The notes beneath the pieces are model-generated. The model saw only the letters and a list, made by a program, of their open reading frames with translations, did not search any database and was not told the origin of the DNA. The translations under genes and the position numbers were made by a program. Of a DNA stretch of 64,000 bases, positions 8,180 to 19,626 are shown piece by piece. The stretch is taken from NCBI GenBank assembly GCA_020635695.1, contig JACJZH010000010.1:4211-68210 (forward strand), given 5' to 3'. Position 1 is the stretch's first letter. Every line of letters begins with the position of its first letter. The stretch is from Flavobacteriales bacterium. GTDB lineage: Bacteria; Bacteroidota; Bacteroidia; Flavobacteriales_F; PHOS-HE28.

Positions 8180-10055
8180 GGGCGATGGTTCTTCCGTTGG
8201 CGGTGATGGTAAGTACGTAGATGCCTGAGGCGAGCTGCTCCCGGTTGAAGGTGAGGCGGTGCAGGCCCATGGCGGGCGTGTCCCGATAAAGCACCTTCAC
8301 CAGCGCCCCGCGTACGTCATGGATGGCCACGGTGTGTTCCGTGCGCTCGCTCACCGTGAACTCCAGGGTGAACAGGTCCGCGATAGGTACCGGATACACC
8401 GATACGCTCTGAGCGTCTGCCATCGGTGCTGCGATACCCACGGAGCTACCGCCCACCTGGGCGATCCAGGTCTTCCAGGTGTTGTTCATGATGCCGCTCA
8501 CATTGGCTCCATAACAACCGGCCAACCATACGTCCGGTGAGCTGGCGTTATGCCTCCGCGCCATGCCCGTATAGTCCCCCCAACGCTCGGTGCCATTGAT
8601 GAAGTTCACGAAGGTCTCCCCGTTCTTGACCAGGGTGCTGGTGCTCCAGGTCATGTTCGCATCGCAATTCACCACGCGCAGTTGCGGATAGATGGATTGG
8701 GAGCTCTGTAGAAAGGCGATCATCACCGACGGATCACTGGCGCTGGTCGCATAGGAGGACATGGCAGGATAGGAGACATCGCTCACACCCACCTCCCCGA
8801 AAGTGCTTTGTTGTACTGTCAGGTCGTTCACGTTGATGCGCTTGTACAGGATGCCGTTCCAGGTTCCGCCCACATCACCGTGATGTACCACATGCAGGAG
8901 ATTTCCGAGGTAGAACGCACCCAGCACGCGGCAATCCCCGTTGTCCAGCTGGTCCCCATTGCCCTGCATCACGGCGTTCGCCGCTGGGCTGTAATTAGCC
9001 ACGTTCACCACGTAATCGTCGATCTGGGGCGAGCCTGTGAGGTCGTCGGTCAGATCGTACAACCGAACACTGCCCGCACCGCCGGCAGAACTGGACACCA
9101 GGATGATGCCCGGACCATAATTGCCTTGCTGGCCGTAGCTGGCAGGGACGATCGTGAATGCCCCGAAGGGACTGTTCGTAAAGCCCGTCCAGTATACCCA
9201 GTTCAGGCCCTGGCCTGCATAGCCCTGAGCCTTCTGGATCTGGAACAGGATGGCCTGGTCGAACTGATTGCCGCCGGAAGTGAACAAGTTGCCGGACACG
9301 TACACTTCATTGTTGCTCACACCAATGCTCGGGTAATCGAACCAGGTGTTGTTCATCAGCGGACTTCCCGGCAGGCTGTACGTCCACCAACCGCCATTCG
9401 GGTCATTCGACTTGGAGAAGCAGAGCAGCAGCAGGGAATTGCTCGCCGTGGACCCGTGCAGCACGGTCATGAAGTAGCGGTCCGAGCCGCTGTCATACAG
9501 CACTTTCGGGTCGTAGATGTTCGCGTTCAGCTGGGGGTTGTTGAAGAAATCCGACCAACCAGAGGAGTACGAGATGTTCCCGGAAGGATCGGCGTAGATC
9601 ACGCCATCGTTGTTGGCGCTCACGATCCAGCCACCATTGCTGATGGCCACACTGTTGTCCGGCGGTGTCTGCTGCACGCTCCAGTTGCCCTCGAAGTTGC
9701 TCCCGACCACCGGCGTAATGGCCTTGGGGGCACCCGCGCCAGGAGCCTGACGTGCCTTGGACACCTCCTGTACCTTCTGCTCCCACTTCGCCTCCTTGAT
9801 CGCGCGTACCTCGGGAAGGCTATGATCCCTCGCTTCGACGCGGGTGACCTTGTTCTGCCATACAGTTCGGGGCAGCGTATGGTCCACGGTGCTGAACAAG
9901 GTGCTTTCCTGGATCACCGACCGCTGTGCCGCAGGACCGCTGTCGGACCTCAAATGCTGAGGAAGACGTGGTCTTGCATGTTGCGCTCCGACGGTACCGG
10001 ACAAGAAAAGCGCCGAAAGCAGGAGCAGCAGAAAGGGGGAATGGAACCTGGACAT
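8157..10055 (-). CDS. secreted hypothetical protein with T9SS type-A C-terminal sorting domain
   Basis: Start reset to ATG 10055 (MSRFHSPFLLLLLSALFLSGTVGAQ signal peptide). The C-terminus VYPVPIADLFTLEF...IHDVRGALV...GIYVLTITANG fits the Por secretion tail. The body has no family I recognise. GC is lower: sampled lines 47% and 58%. Confidence 0.85.
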   Translation of the reverse strand: MSRFHSPFLLLLLSALFLSGTVGAQHARPRLPQHLRSDSGPAAQRSVIQESTLFSTVDHTLPRTVWQNKVTRVEARDHSLPEVRAIKEAKWEQKVQEVSKARQAPGAGAPKAITPVVGSNFEGNWSVQQTPPDNSVAISNGGWIVSANNDGVIYADPSGNISYSSGWSDFFNNPQLNANIYDPKVLYDSGSDRYFMTVLHGSTASNSLLLLCFSKSNDPNGGWWTYSLPGSPLMNNTWFDYPSIGVSNNEVYVSGNLFTSGGNQFDQAILFQIQKAQGYAGQGLNWVYWTGFTNSPFGAFTIVPASYGQQGNYGPGIILVSSSAGGAGSVRLYDLTDDLTGSPQIDDYVVNVANYSPAANAVMQGNGDQLDNGDCRVLGAFYLGNLLHVVHHGDVGGTWNGILYKRINVNDLTVQQSTFGEVGVSDVSYPAMSSYATSASDPSVMIAFLQSSQSIYPQLRVVNCDANMTWSTSTLVKNGETFVNFINGTERWGDYTGMARRHNASSPDVWLAGCYGANVSGIMNNTWKTWIAQVGGSSVGIAAPMADAQSVSVYPVPIADLFTLEFTVSERTEHTVAIHDVRGALVKVLYRDTPAMGLHRLTFNREQLASGIYVLTITANGRTIAHEDLVVH

Positions 10056-10131
10056 GGGGCCTGGGACTTGGTCCTCAAAACTAGGAGGATCGCCCGTTCG
10101 GGTCCATTGTTCCACTTGCTACTTTAGCGGC

Positions 10132-10878
10132 ATGGGACTTCTTACGGGAAAAACGGCGCTCGTCACGGGTGGCACGCGCGGCATCGGACGCGGCATCGTG
10201 GAACGCTTCGTGGAGGAGGGCGCCGACGTGGCCTTCACCTACGTGAGCAGTCCTGACAAGGCCAATGCGCTGGCGGAGGAACTCGCGAAGGGCGGTCGCA
10301 AGGTGGTGGCCATCCAGAGCGATGCGGGCGACTTCAATGCGGCGCAGGCCGCCGTGGACCAGGCCGTGACCGAATTCGGACGCCTGGACGTGCTGGTGAA
10401 CAACGCCGGCATCACCCGCGACCAGCTGCTGATGCGCATGAGCGAGGAGGACTGGGACAACGTGATCGCCACCAACCTCAAGAGCGTCTTCAACATGACC
10501 AAGGCGGTGATGCGCACCATGCTGAAACAGCGGAGCGGCAGCATCATCAACATGAGCAGCGTGGTGGGGGTGAAGGGCAACGCGGGGCAGAGCAACTACG
10601 CCGCCAGCAAGGCCGGCATCATCGGCTTCACCAAGAGCGTGGCGCTGGAGCTTGGCAGCCGCAACATCCGCAGCAACTCGATCGCACCGGGCTTCATCGA
10701 GACCGAGATGACCGGTGCGCTGGACGAGAAGGTGGTGGAGGAGTGGCGCCAGGCCATTCCCCTGAAGCGCGGCGGCACTCCGACCGATGTGGCCAATGCC
10801 TGCGTGTTCCTGGGCTCCGACCTCAGCGCCTACATCACCGGCCAGACCCTGCACGTCTGCGGGGGCATGCTCACCTGA
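10132..10878 (+). CDS. fabG: 3-oxoacyl-[ACP] reductase FabG
   Basis: Start reset to ATG 10132. SDR motifs are TGGTRGIG, NNAG and YAASKAG, with the typical FabG C-terminus GQTLHVCGGM. Confidence 0.93.
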   Translation: MGLLTGKTALVTGGTRGIGRGIVERFVEEGADVAFTYVSSPDKANALAEELAKGGRKVVAIQSDAGDFNAAQAAVDQAVTEFGRLDVLVNNAGITRDQLLMRMSEEDWDNVIATNLKSVFNMTKAVMRTMLKQRSGSIINMSSVVGVKGNAGQSNYAASKAGIIGFTKSVALELGSRNIRSNSIAPGFIETEMTGALDEKVVEEWRQAIPLKRGGTPTDVANACVFLGSDLSAYITGQTLHVCGGMLT

Positions 10879-10924
10879 GCCTCCTGCTGAACGGCTGAAT
10901 GGTCGGTCGGCACCCGTGCCGGCT

Positions 10925-13030
10925 ATGCCGACCTTTGTCCCCCCGATGAGCCTGACCACCGCCCACTCCCTCTGGCTGGCACCGCTGTGCCTGCTGCTGG
11001 GCGTGGCCTATGCCTGGTGGCTCTACCGGCGCGGTGACGACCGCTTCGCCTGGGGTCCGCGGCTGGCGCTCCTGCTTGGGGTGTTGCGTGCCCTGGTGGT
11101 CTCGGCGCTGGCCTTCTTCCTGCTGGAACCCATGGTGCGCACGATGGTGCGCGAGGTGCGTAGACCGGTGATCGTGATCGCCCACGATGGGTCCCGCTCA
11201 TTGACCCTGGCTGGCGACACGGCCGCGCTGAAGAGCACCTACGAGGACGCCCTCGCCGACCTGGCCGACAGGCTGGGTGAGGCCTACACCGTGCGCACCT
11301 TCACCTACGGGGAACGGGTGCGCGAAGGGCTCGACCACTCGCAGGACGATGGGCTGACGGACATCGGAGGCCTGTTCCGCGAAGTGCGTGACCGGTTCGG
11401 AGGCCCGGACCTCGGCGCGGTGATCATCGATGGCGACGGCATCCAGAACCGCGGCAGGGACCCCGTGGAGGAAGGGCTGGGCCTTGCCGTTCCCATCTAT
11501 CCGGTGGCCTTGGGCGATACCACCGTGCGGCCCGACCTGGCCGTGAAAGCGGTGGAACACAACCGCCACACCTACCTGGGCAATGAATTCCCGCTGTTGG
11601 TGAGGTTGAAGGCCGCGCACCTGCAGGGAACGCGTAGCGAGGTGGTGGTGGAACAGGATGGCAAGGTGCTGCAGCGCCGCCCGTTCACCATCACGAGCGA
11701 CCCGTGGTACCAGGAGGTGCCCTTGGTGCTCCAAGCGGACAAGGCCGGCCTGCAACGCTACCGGGTGTCCGTGGCACATATCGATGCGGACGCGGCACCG
11801 GAGAACGATCGGGAGGACGTGTTCATCGAAGTGCTCGACGACCGGAGGAACGTGCTCGTGGTGGCTGCCGCACCCCACCCGGACGTGGCCGCCATTCGCC
11901 TCGCCCTGTCCAAACTGGAAGGCTACACCACCAGCCTCGCGCTACCGACCGCGTTGCCCGGCGACCTGACCGATGTGGACCTGGTCGTGCTGCACGGTGC
12001 ACCGACGGCCACGGTCCCGCTTCGTGCCTTCCTGGACCGCTGCCAACGTGCGGACATGCCGCTGCTGGTGGCCGTCACCTCCACCACCGACCTGAACTGG
12101 CTGGGCACTTCGGGGTCGGGCGTTTCGGTCACCGGGGTCCGTCCGGGATCCACGGAGGCGTCCGCTTACGTGCAGGAGGACTTCGCCCTGTTCACCCTGG
12201 ACAAGGACGAAGCCCGCGCCTTGGCCGACCTGCCCCCCTTGGAGACACCGTTCGGCGAGTTCCTGGCGGACAGGGGTGCGGACGTGCTGTTGAAGCAGCG
12301 CATCGGCATGGTCCGGACGGACCGGCCATTGCTGGCGCTGCGCCGCGACGGTGCGGCCCGCAAGGCCACCATCGTGGGCGAAGGGCTCTGGCGCTGGCGT
12401 TCGGCCGATCGTTGGATGCATGGCAGCACGGACCATTTCGACGGCCTGGTGCACAGCATCGTGCAATTCCTCGCCGTGCATACGGACCGGAACCGGTTCC
12501 GCTTGAAGGCCGACGACCTCTTCTCCGAGGATGAACCGGTGCGGATCGAGGCGGAACTGTACAATGCCAGCTACGAGGCCGTGAACGGACCGGAGGCGAC
12601 CCTGCTGGTGAAGGACGAGCAGGGTGAGGAACTGGCCTATGTGTTCACCCCCTCGGGCAACGGCTATCGACTGGAGGTCCAGGGCCTTGCGCCAGGCAGG
12701 TACACCGGCTCGGCCAGCGTGCAGCTCGGGGAGGAGCGTTTCACGGCACAGGTCACCTTCACCGTGCAGGAACTGCAGCTGGAACAACGGAACACGGTCG
12801 CGGACCACCGGCTCTGGGACGACCTGGCCGTGCGCTCGGGCGGGCGAACGGTGCACCCTGATGGGCTTGCCTCCCTGGACACGCTCCTGGCCGAGCGTCC
12901 GGAGATCGGCGACCGGAGCTATGAGCACGCCACCTTCAGCGACCTGATCGGTCTGCCTTGGATCTTTGCGCTCCTGTTGGCGCTGCTCACGTTGGAGTGG
13001 GCACTGCGGCGGCGCGCCGGGGGTTATTGA
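10925..13030 (+). CDS. large membrane protein of unknown function (N-terminal double-TM, C-terminal TM anchor)
   Basis: Start reset to ATG 10925 (alternative 10946). There are two N-terminal TM helices (LWLAPLCLLLGVAYAWWLY; ALLLGVLRALVVSALAFFLL) and a C-terminal anchor IFALLLALLTLEWALRRR. The architecture recalls BatA-like or vWA-like Bacteroidota proteins. Confidence 0.8.
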   Translation: MPTFVPPMSLTTAHSLWLAPLCLLLGVAYAWWLYRRGDDRFAWGPRLALLLGVLRALVVSALAFFLLEPMVRTMVREVRRPVIVIAHDGSRSLTLAGDTAALKSTYEDALADLADRLGEAYTVRTFTYGERVREGLDHSQDDGLTDIGGLFREVRDRFGGPDLGAVIIDGDGIQNRGRDPVEEGLGLAVPIYPVALGDTTVRPDLAVKAVEHNRHTYLGNEFPLLVRLKAAHLQGTRSEVVVEQDGKVLQRRPFTITSDPWYQEVPLVLQADKAGLQRYRVSVAHIDADAAPENDREDVFIEVLDDRRNVLVVAAAPHPDVAAIRLALSKLEGYTTSLALPTALPGDLTDVDLVVLHGAPTATVPLRAFLDRCQRADMPLLVAVTSTTDLNWLGTSGSGVSVTGVRPGSTEASAYVQEDFALFTLDKDEARALADLPPLETPFGEFLADRGADVLLKQRIGMVRTDRPLLALRRDGAARKATIVGEGLWRWRSADRWMHGSTDHFDGLVHSIVQFLAVHTDRNRFRLKADDLFSEDEPVRIEAELYNASYEAVNGPEATLLVKDEQGEELAYVFTPSGNGYRLEVQGLAPGRYTGSASVQLGEERFTAQVTFTVQELQLEQRNTVADHRLWDDLAVRSGGRTVHPDGLASLDTLLAERPEIGDRSYEHATFSDLIGLPWIFALLLALLTLEWALRRRAGGY

Positions 13031-13049
13031 GCCCGATTACCTTCGGGGC

Positions 13050-13676
13050 ATGACCTGGTCCGGCGTGTTGCGTACGCTTCGATGGCCCCTGGCCTTGCTG
13101 GCCCTGGTACTGCTGCTCTGGACCGTCCGTGGCACCCTGCTCAGGCAGGCCGGGGACTACCTGGACAACGAGGACCCGCCGTTGCATGGTGATGCGCTCT
13201 ACGTGTTGGGAGGGGGCGCCTTGGAGCGGGGCACGCAGGCCGCCCAGGTGATGGCCGAGGGCAGGGCCCCCGAGGCCTGGTTCACGGGAGAGAACGTCAG
13301 CACCATCCTGCTGGCGGAGGGCATCGAGAAACGGGAGTGCGAGCAGAGCAGGGGAGTGGCCGTCGCAGCGGGGCTAGATCCGGCCAAGGCGCACGTGCTT
13401 CCGGTCGGCACCAGCACCATGGAAGAGGCGGTGGCCGTGGTGGACCATGCCGCCCGCTTGGGCCATGACACGATCCTGGTGCTCTCCACCCATTTCCATC
13501 TGAGGCGGGTGGGGCGTGTCTTCCGGCCACTGGCACGCGAGAAGGGGATCACGGTGGTGCTCTGCGCCGCACCCAGCATCCATTTCGAGAAGGACCGATG
13601 GTGGGAGACCGAGGAGGGCATGCTGATGGTGAACAACGAATACGCCAAGCTGCTCTACTATGCCTGGCGGTATTGA
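13050..13676 (+). CDS. YdcF/ElyC (DUF218) family protein
   Basis: Start reset to ATG 13050. It has an N-terminal TM helix, LYVLGGG, and a DUF218-like core ending STHFHLRRV. Confidence 0.8.
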   Translation: MTWSGVLRTLRWPLALLALVLLLWTVRGTLLRQAGDYLDNEDPPLHGDALYVLGGGALERGTQAAQVMAEGRAPEAWFTGENVSTILLAEGIEKRECEQSRGVAVAAGLDPAKAHVLPVGTSTMEEAVAVVDHAARLGHDTILVLSTHFHLRRVGRVFRPLAREKGITVVLCAAPSIHFEKDRWWETEEGMLMVNNEYAKLLYYAWRY

Positions 13677-13681
13677 ATGAG

Positions 13682-13712
13682 AAAGGCCCGTTCCACCGGG
13701 GAACGGGCCCTT
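13682..13712. terminator. bidirectional hairpin between convergent genes
   Basis: 10-bp GC stem GGCCCGTTCC (13685-13694) / GGAACGGGCC (13700-13709) with a 5-nt loop. On the minus strand it is followed by TTTCATTC. Confidence 0.55.
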
Positions 13713-13737
13713 CCGCAAGGCGTGTGCGGACCTGCGA

Positions 13738-15957
13738 TCAGCGCTGCAGCACGATCCGCCGTACCAGGTGATCCGTTCCGCTGGTCAGGTCCAGGAGGTA
13801 GGTCCCTTCCGCCAATGCGCCCAGGTCCAGGTCCGTGCGCTGCAGGCCTGAAGGCAGCGTCGCGCGGTACACCACCTGGCCGAGCAGGTCGATCACCTGA
13901 AGTTGGCCGGCCTCGTTCAGCATGGCTGGAAGTTGAACGCTGAGCCTGCCGTTGGTCGGGTTCGGGGCGATCACAGCGCCCTCGAGAAGGCCCTCGCCGA
14001 TACCGGTGTTCGTCAGGCAGAAGTTGGTGGTGAACTCGTCGGTGAACGTGCCGTTCCCGTTCACGAGTACGACACCGAACGCATCCACCACCTGGTAGCT
14101 GCCATTGCCGTAGTCGCAGCAGATGCCATCACCGTAGTCGTCATAGATGGTGAAGTCGTAACAGCCATTGGCCAGGCAGAGCGTGGCGGAGACCACGGTC
14201 CCGTCCGCATTGTCCTGGTAAGGCCCTCCGCTGGCCAGCACGGTGCCCTGGTTGTTCGTCACTTCCCAGGTGGTCTCGGTCCCATAGTCGTCCAGCGTGA
14301 TGTTCACTTCCACGGTCTGTCCGGGGTTGGCCGAGAAGAAGTCCTGGGTCCGGGTGTCGTTCCCGGGGTTCTGGTCCACTCCGCCGTTCGGCGCCGAGGT
14401 GGAGACGCTGAGCACCTGTGCCCCCGAACCCACGGGAATGGCGGGCAGCGACACCGTGGTGGTGCCACCGCTGGCCAGCGATCCGCTCCAGTTGGTGGAT
14501 CCGGGGTTCAGTCCGTTGACGTTCCAGCTGATGGTGACGGAGGTGAGCACCTGGGTGCCGTTGTTCTTGAGCGTCACGGAGGGCTGTATCACGGGTTCGT
14601 CACACAGCTGGTCGGGTACGTTGTTGATGCTCTGGATGGAGGCATCCAAGGCCACCGGGTTGAAGTTCGGGTCGTACCCGTCCAAGGTGTTGCCACAGTT
14701 CCCCAGGTAGGGCTGGAGCAGGGGGTAGCTCACGTCGAAGCGCCCGTAGTAGTCGTTCACGTTGAAGCTGCAGCTGGCCTGTCCGCCGTAGAGCTGCCCG
14801 ACCAGACGCTTGTTCGGGTCCCACAGGCCACTGCCGGAGCTGCCACCTTCAGTGGTGCCATCATCCCAGGCCGTGACGTGCCAGCATTGGGCGCCGCCGA
14901 AGCTGCCCTGCTGCAGGGGATCGTCCTCGAAGCTGATCTTCTTCACATCGCCACTGGGGTGGTGGATGGCCACCGCACTGCTCGGGGTGGTCCCGCTCTT
15001 GTCCCATCCCGTGTAATAGACGCCATATCCTGAAGGCGGCGTGCTGTTCAATTGCAGCAGGGCCACATCACTGCCACCGCTGTTCACCAGCAACTGGGCA
15101 CCCGACACCGTTTGTCCGGTGGGACCGTTCGTGGTGGGCGTGCAGTTCGGGCTTTCCCAGTTGAAGCGGAACACCCAGCTGCCGACACCACCACCCAGGC
15201 AGTGGTTCGCGGTCAGGAAGTACGGGGTGCCATCGTTGCTGCAGTTGTTGATCAGCTGACCGGTGCAGATGCCGTTGCCCTGCACGGTGATGATCGCCAC
15301 CGACCGGATCGGGTCCTCCCAACCGGCGCTCACCGGACACGCCACGTTGTTGTTGCAGGAACCGCTGTCCCCAAGGCCCTTCAGCTGGCCCAGCACATCG
15401 CGGTACCCGTGGGTCACCTGGTTGATGTGGAGATGTCCCTGACCGGCCTTGTCGGCAGGCTCCTGGTACTCGATGGTGATCCGTTCACCGGCCAGCTGGG
15501 TCACCCCGAGTTCGGTGTGTCCGGGATTGCTTTCCGCGGTGAAGCCGCCCAGGACCTCGCCGGCCTCGTTGTACACGAAGACCATGCCACCTTCAGGGAC
15601 CACGTAGAGATCGAACACGAAGTTGATGCTCAGGGCCCCGGGGCATTCCACGGAAAGCCTCCAGAGCCTGTCACCGTTCGGCAGCACATCCCACGTACCG
15701 GCATTGTCGGTGCCCAGATGCACGCTGTGGTTGTATCCAAAACGCCAGGGGCCCTTGATGCCGGTGGCCTCCCGCGCCGCATCCTCGGCGAGCAGGGTCT
15801 CCACGTCCACTTCCGGCATCATGACCGCCGTGGACTTGGGCAGCCCGATCTTGTCGGCCTTGGTGCCGATGGGGGTTCCCCCGAAAGAGACCTGTCCCAG
15901 CACCGGCAAGGGAAGTCCGGCAAGGAGCAACAGGGAGATCTTCCAAAATGTCTTCAT
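13738..15957 (-). CDS. secreted trypsin-fold (S1) lysyl-endopeptidase-like protease with T9SS type-A sorting domain
   Basis: Start reset to ATG 15957 (MKTFWKISLLLLAGLPLPVLGQ). The catalytic triad contexts are LTANHC, SDVALLQL and EGGSSGSGLW. The C-terminus APNPTNGRLSVQL...GTYLLDL fits the Por tail. Confidence 0.9.
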   Translation of the reverse strand: MKTFWKISLLLLAGLPLPVLGQVSFGGTPIGTKADKIGLPKSTAVMMPEVDVETLLAEDAAREATGIKGPWRFGYNHSVHLGTDNAGTWDVLPNGDRLWRLSVECPGALSINFVFDLYVVPEGGMVFVYNEAGEVLGGFTAESNPGHTELGVTQLAGERITIEYQEPADKAGQGHLHINQVTHGYRDVLGQLKGLGDSGSCNNNVACPVSAGWEDPIRSVAIITVQGNGICTGQLINNCSNDGTPYFLTANHCLGGGVGSWVFRFNWESPNCTPTTNGPTGQTVSGAQLLVNSGGSDVALLQLNSTPPSGYGVYYTGWDKSGTTPSSAVAIHHPSGDVKKISFEDDPLQQGSFGGAQCWHVTAWDDGTTEGGSSGSGLWDPNKRLVGQLYGGQASCSFNVNDYYGRFDVSYPLLQPYLGNCGNTLDGYDPNFNPVALDASIQSINNVPDQLCDEPVIQPSVTLKNNGTQVLTSVTISWNVNGLNPGSTNWSGSLASGGTTTVSLPAIPVGSGAQVLSVSTSAPNGGVDQNPGNDTRTQDFFSANPGQTVEVNITLDDYGTETTWEVTNNQGTVLASGGPYQDNADGTVVSATLCLANGCYDFTIYDDYGDGICCDYGNGSYQVVDAFGVVLVNGNGTFTDEFTTNFCLTNTGIGEGLLEGAVIAPNPTNGRLSVQLPAMLNEAGQLQVIDLLGQVVYRATLPSGLQRTDLDLGALAEGTYLLDLTSGTDHLVRRIVLQR

Positions 15958-16077
15958 GGTGTAAGGTTCGTTCCGTTCTGATCGATCGCGACCCGGGCGT
16001 CGGTGAAGGGATGTACCAACAAGCACCGGGCGTAAGGCAAAAGTAACCGTTGGTCACTCCGGCGCCTGTGTCTCAGG

Positions 16078-18126
<2,049 letters not shown>

Positions 18127-18206
18127 GGCCCGCGAAGGTACGCCCGTGCCGGAGGGGGAACACGGGACCACGCAGGCGTGTTGTTACCTTTCGGAAGCCC
18201 ACCACC

Positions 18207-18368
18207 ATGTTCCTCAAGCGCATCCTCTACTACCTCGACCCGCGCACCTTGTTCGGCCGGAGCGAGGCCAACGTGAACCTGCGGTTCATGCACGGCATCA
18301 ACCGGATCAGCATCCTGCTGTTCCTGGCCTGCCTGGTGGTGATGCTGGTCCGCGCCCTTTCCCGCTGA
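18207..18368 (+). CDS. small predicted membrane protein (53 aa)
   Basis: Below the track length cut-off. The translation is MFLKRILYYLDPRTLFGRSEANVNLRFMHGINRISILLFLACLVVMLVRALSR, with one C-terminal TM helix. The stop overlaps the next ATG (TGATG). Confidence 0.45.
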   Translation: MFLKRILYYLDPRTLFGRSEANVNLRFMHGINRISILLFLACLVVMLVRALSR

Positions 18369-18628
18369 TGGCGACCGCGGGTGGTCCCATGAACGAGGCC
18401 GCCTTCCGGGCCTTGGGCCGGAAGGACCGGGTGCTGGCCGTGAAACGCGACGGGGAGTTCCTGGGCACCCGGGTGTTCGGCGGCTATCACGTGCACCTGT
18501 ACCGCATGCCCGGCTTCTTCGCCGAGGTGTGGATGAGGATCGGGATCGGCACGGTCGATTTCGCCGAGGTGGTCACCGACCAGGACATCCTGCTGGAGTA
18601 CGTGCCCGACCTGGACCTGCGACCTTAG
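18368..18628 (+). CDS. hypothetical protein (86 aa)
   Basis: This is the tail of track ORF 17900..18628. It starts MATAGGPMNEAAFRALGRKDRVLAVKRDGEFLG... and is non-repetitive with ordinary composition. An alternative start is ATG 18389. Confidence 0.5.
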   Translation: MATAGGPMNEAAFRALGRKDRVLAVKRDGEFLGTRVFGGYHVHLYRMPGFFAEVWMRIGIGTVDFAEVVTDQDILLEYVPDLDLRP

Positions 18629-19626
18629 AACTTGGGGCAGGGCACGATCTTGGCCTTGCGGTTCTTGGTCCTCCGCGGCCATTCGTACCGGACGGAGAGC
18701 TCGTGAGCGCCTCCGGAGGAACGCGCAAGCCAGCTCACGGTGATGTCGTAGCTGTAGATGAAGGTCCATTGGCGGTCGGTCTCGAACCCGGCCATCAGGA
18801 TCACGGCATCATCGTTGGGATACCCCGGGGCATAGGCCTTGATCCCCGGCAGGCCCCGGTACCACAGTCCGAAGGAGACCTGTTCGAGGTGCAGGTAACC
18901 GCCCACGTCCAACTGGTCCCACTTGCCCTGGGCCTTGTAGTGCGCGGCCAGGGTCAGCTCGGTCCGGCTCCGCCCCACGGAAAGCCCGTCCAGGGGGATC
19001 CGGTGACCCAGGTGCACACTGGTGCGCATGGGCAACCGGGCCTCACCATCGCTTTGCAGGGACTGGTCGGGACGGTTCAGGTGGTTCACGCTGAACCCGG
19101 CCCAGAAGGCTTCCGTGAAGTACAGGCCTCCTGCTGAAACGTCGAAGTAGGAGACCCGTTCGATCAATCCGCTCTCGAGCGACGTGGATGCATTGTCCCG
19201 GATCACCTGATCGGCGAACAGGAAGTTGTCGGGGTCGTAGCTCCGTTGGGTATAGCCCAGGCGCAGGCCACCACGCATGGCGCGCTTGCGGTCGATCCGA
19301 GCTTCGTAGGAATACGCCGCGGAGGCCTGGGTGAAGCTGAGGCCGTTGCTTCCGGCACGGTCATGCATCACCATCACGCCCACGCCACTGTTCACCTGGG
19401 CCGCCCGATGGTCCCAGCCCACGGCGTACGTCTCGAACCCCGGAGGAATACCGGCCCACTGCAGCCGGTAGTTCAATTGCAGCCGATCCTGGTAGGTGTT
19501 CCCGGTCAATGCCGGGTTCAGGTACATCGGTGACGCATAGAACTGGGAAAGCTGCGGATCCTGGGCAACGGCCGGCGTGGACAGCAGGCCTGCAAGGAGG
19601 GCGATCGGTCCGAGGCGGGCTTTCAT
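18625..19626 (-). CDS. type IX secretion system membrane protein, PorP/SprF family
   Basis: 333 aa with a signal peptide, then the family signature DPQLSQFYASPMYLNPALTG. A beta-barrel-like alternating pattern follows. ATGA overlap with the upstream adhesin gene. Confidence 0.92.
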   Translation of the reverse strand: MKARLGPIALLAGLLSTPAVAQDPQLSQFYASPMYLNPALTGNTYQDRLQLNYRLQWAGIPPGFETYAVGWDHRAAQVNSGVGVMVMHDRAGSNGLSFTQASAAYSYEARIDRKRAMRGGLRLGYTQRSYDPDNFLFADQVIRDNASTSLESGLIERVSYFDVSAGGLYFTEAFWAGFSVNHLNRPDQSLQSDGEARLPMRTSVHLGHRIPLDGLSVGRSRTELTLAAHYKAQGKWDQLDVGGYLHLEQVSFGLWYRGLPGIKAYAPGYPNDDAVILMAGFETDRQWTFIYSYDITVSWLARSSGGAHELSVRYEWPRRTKNRKAKIVPCPKF

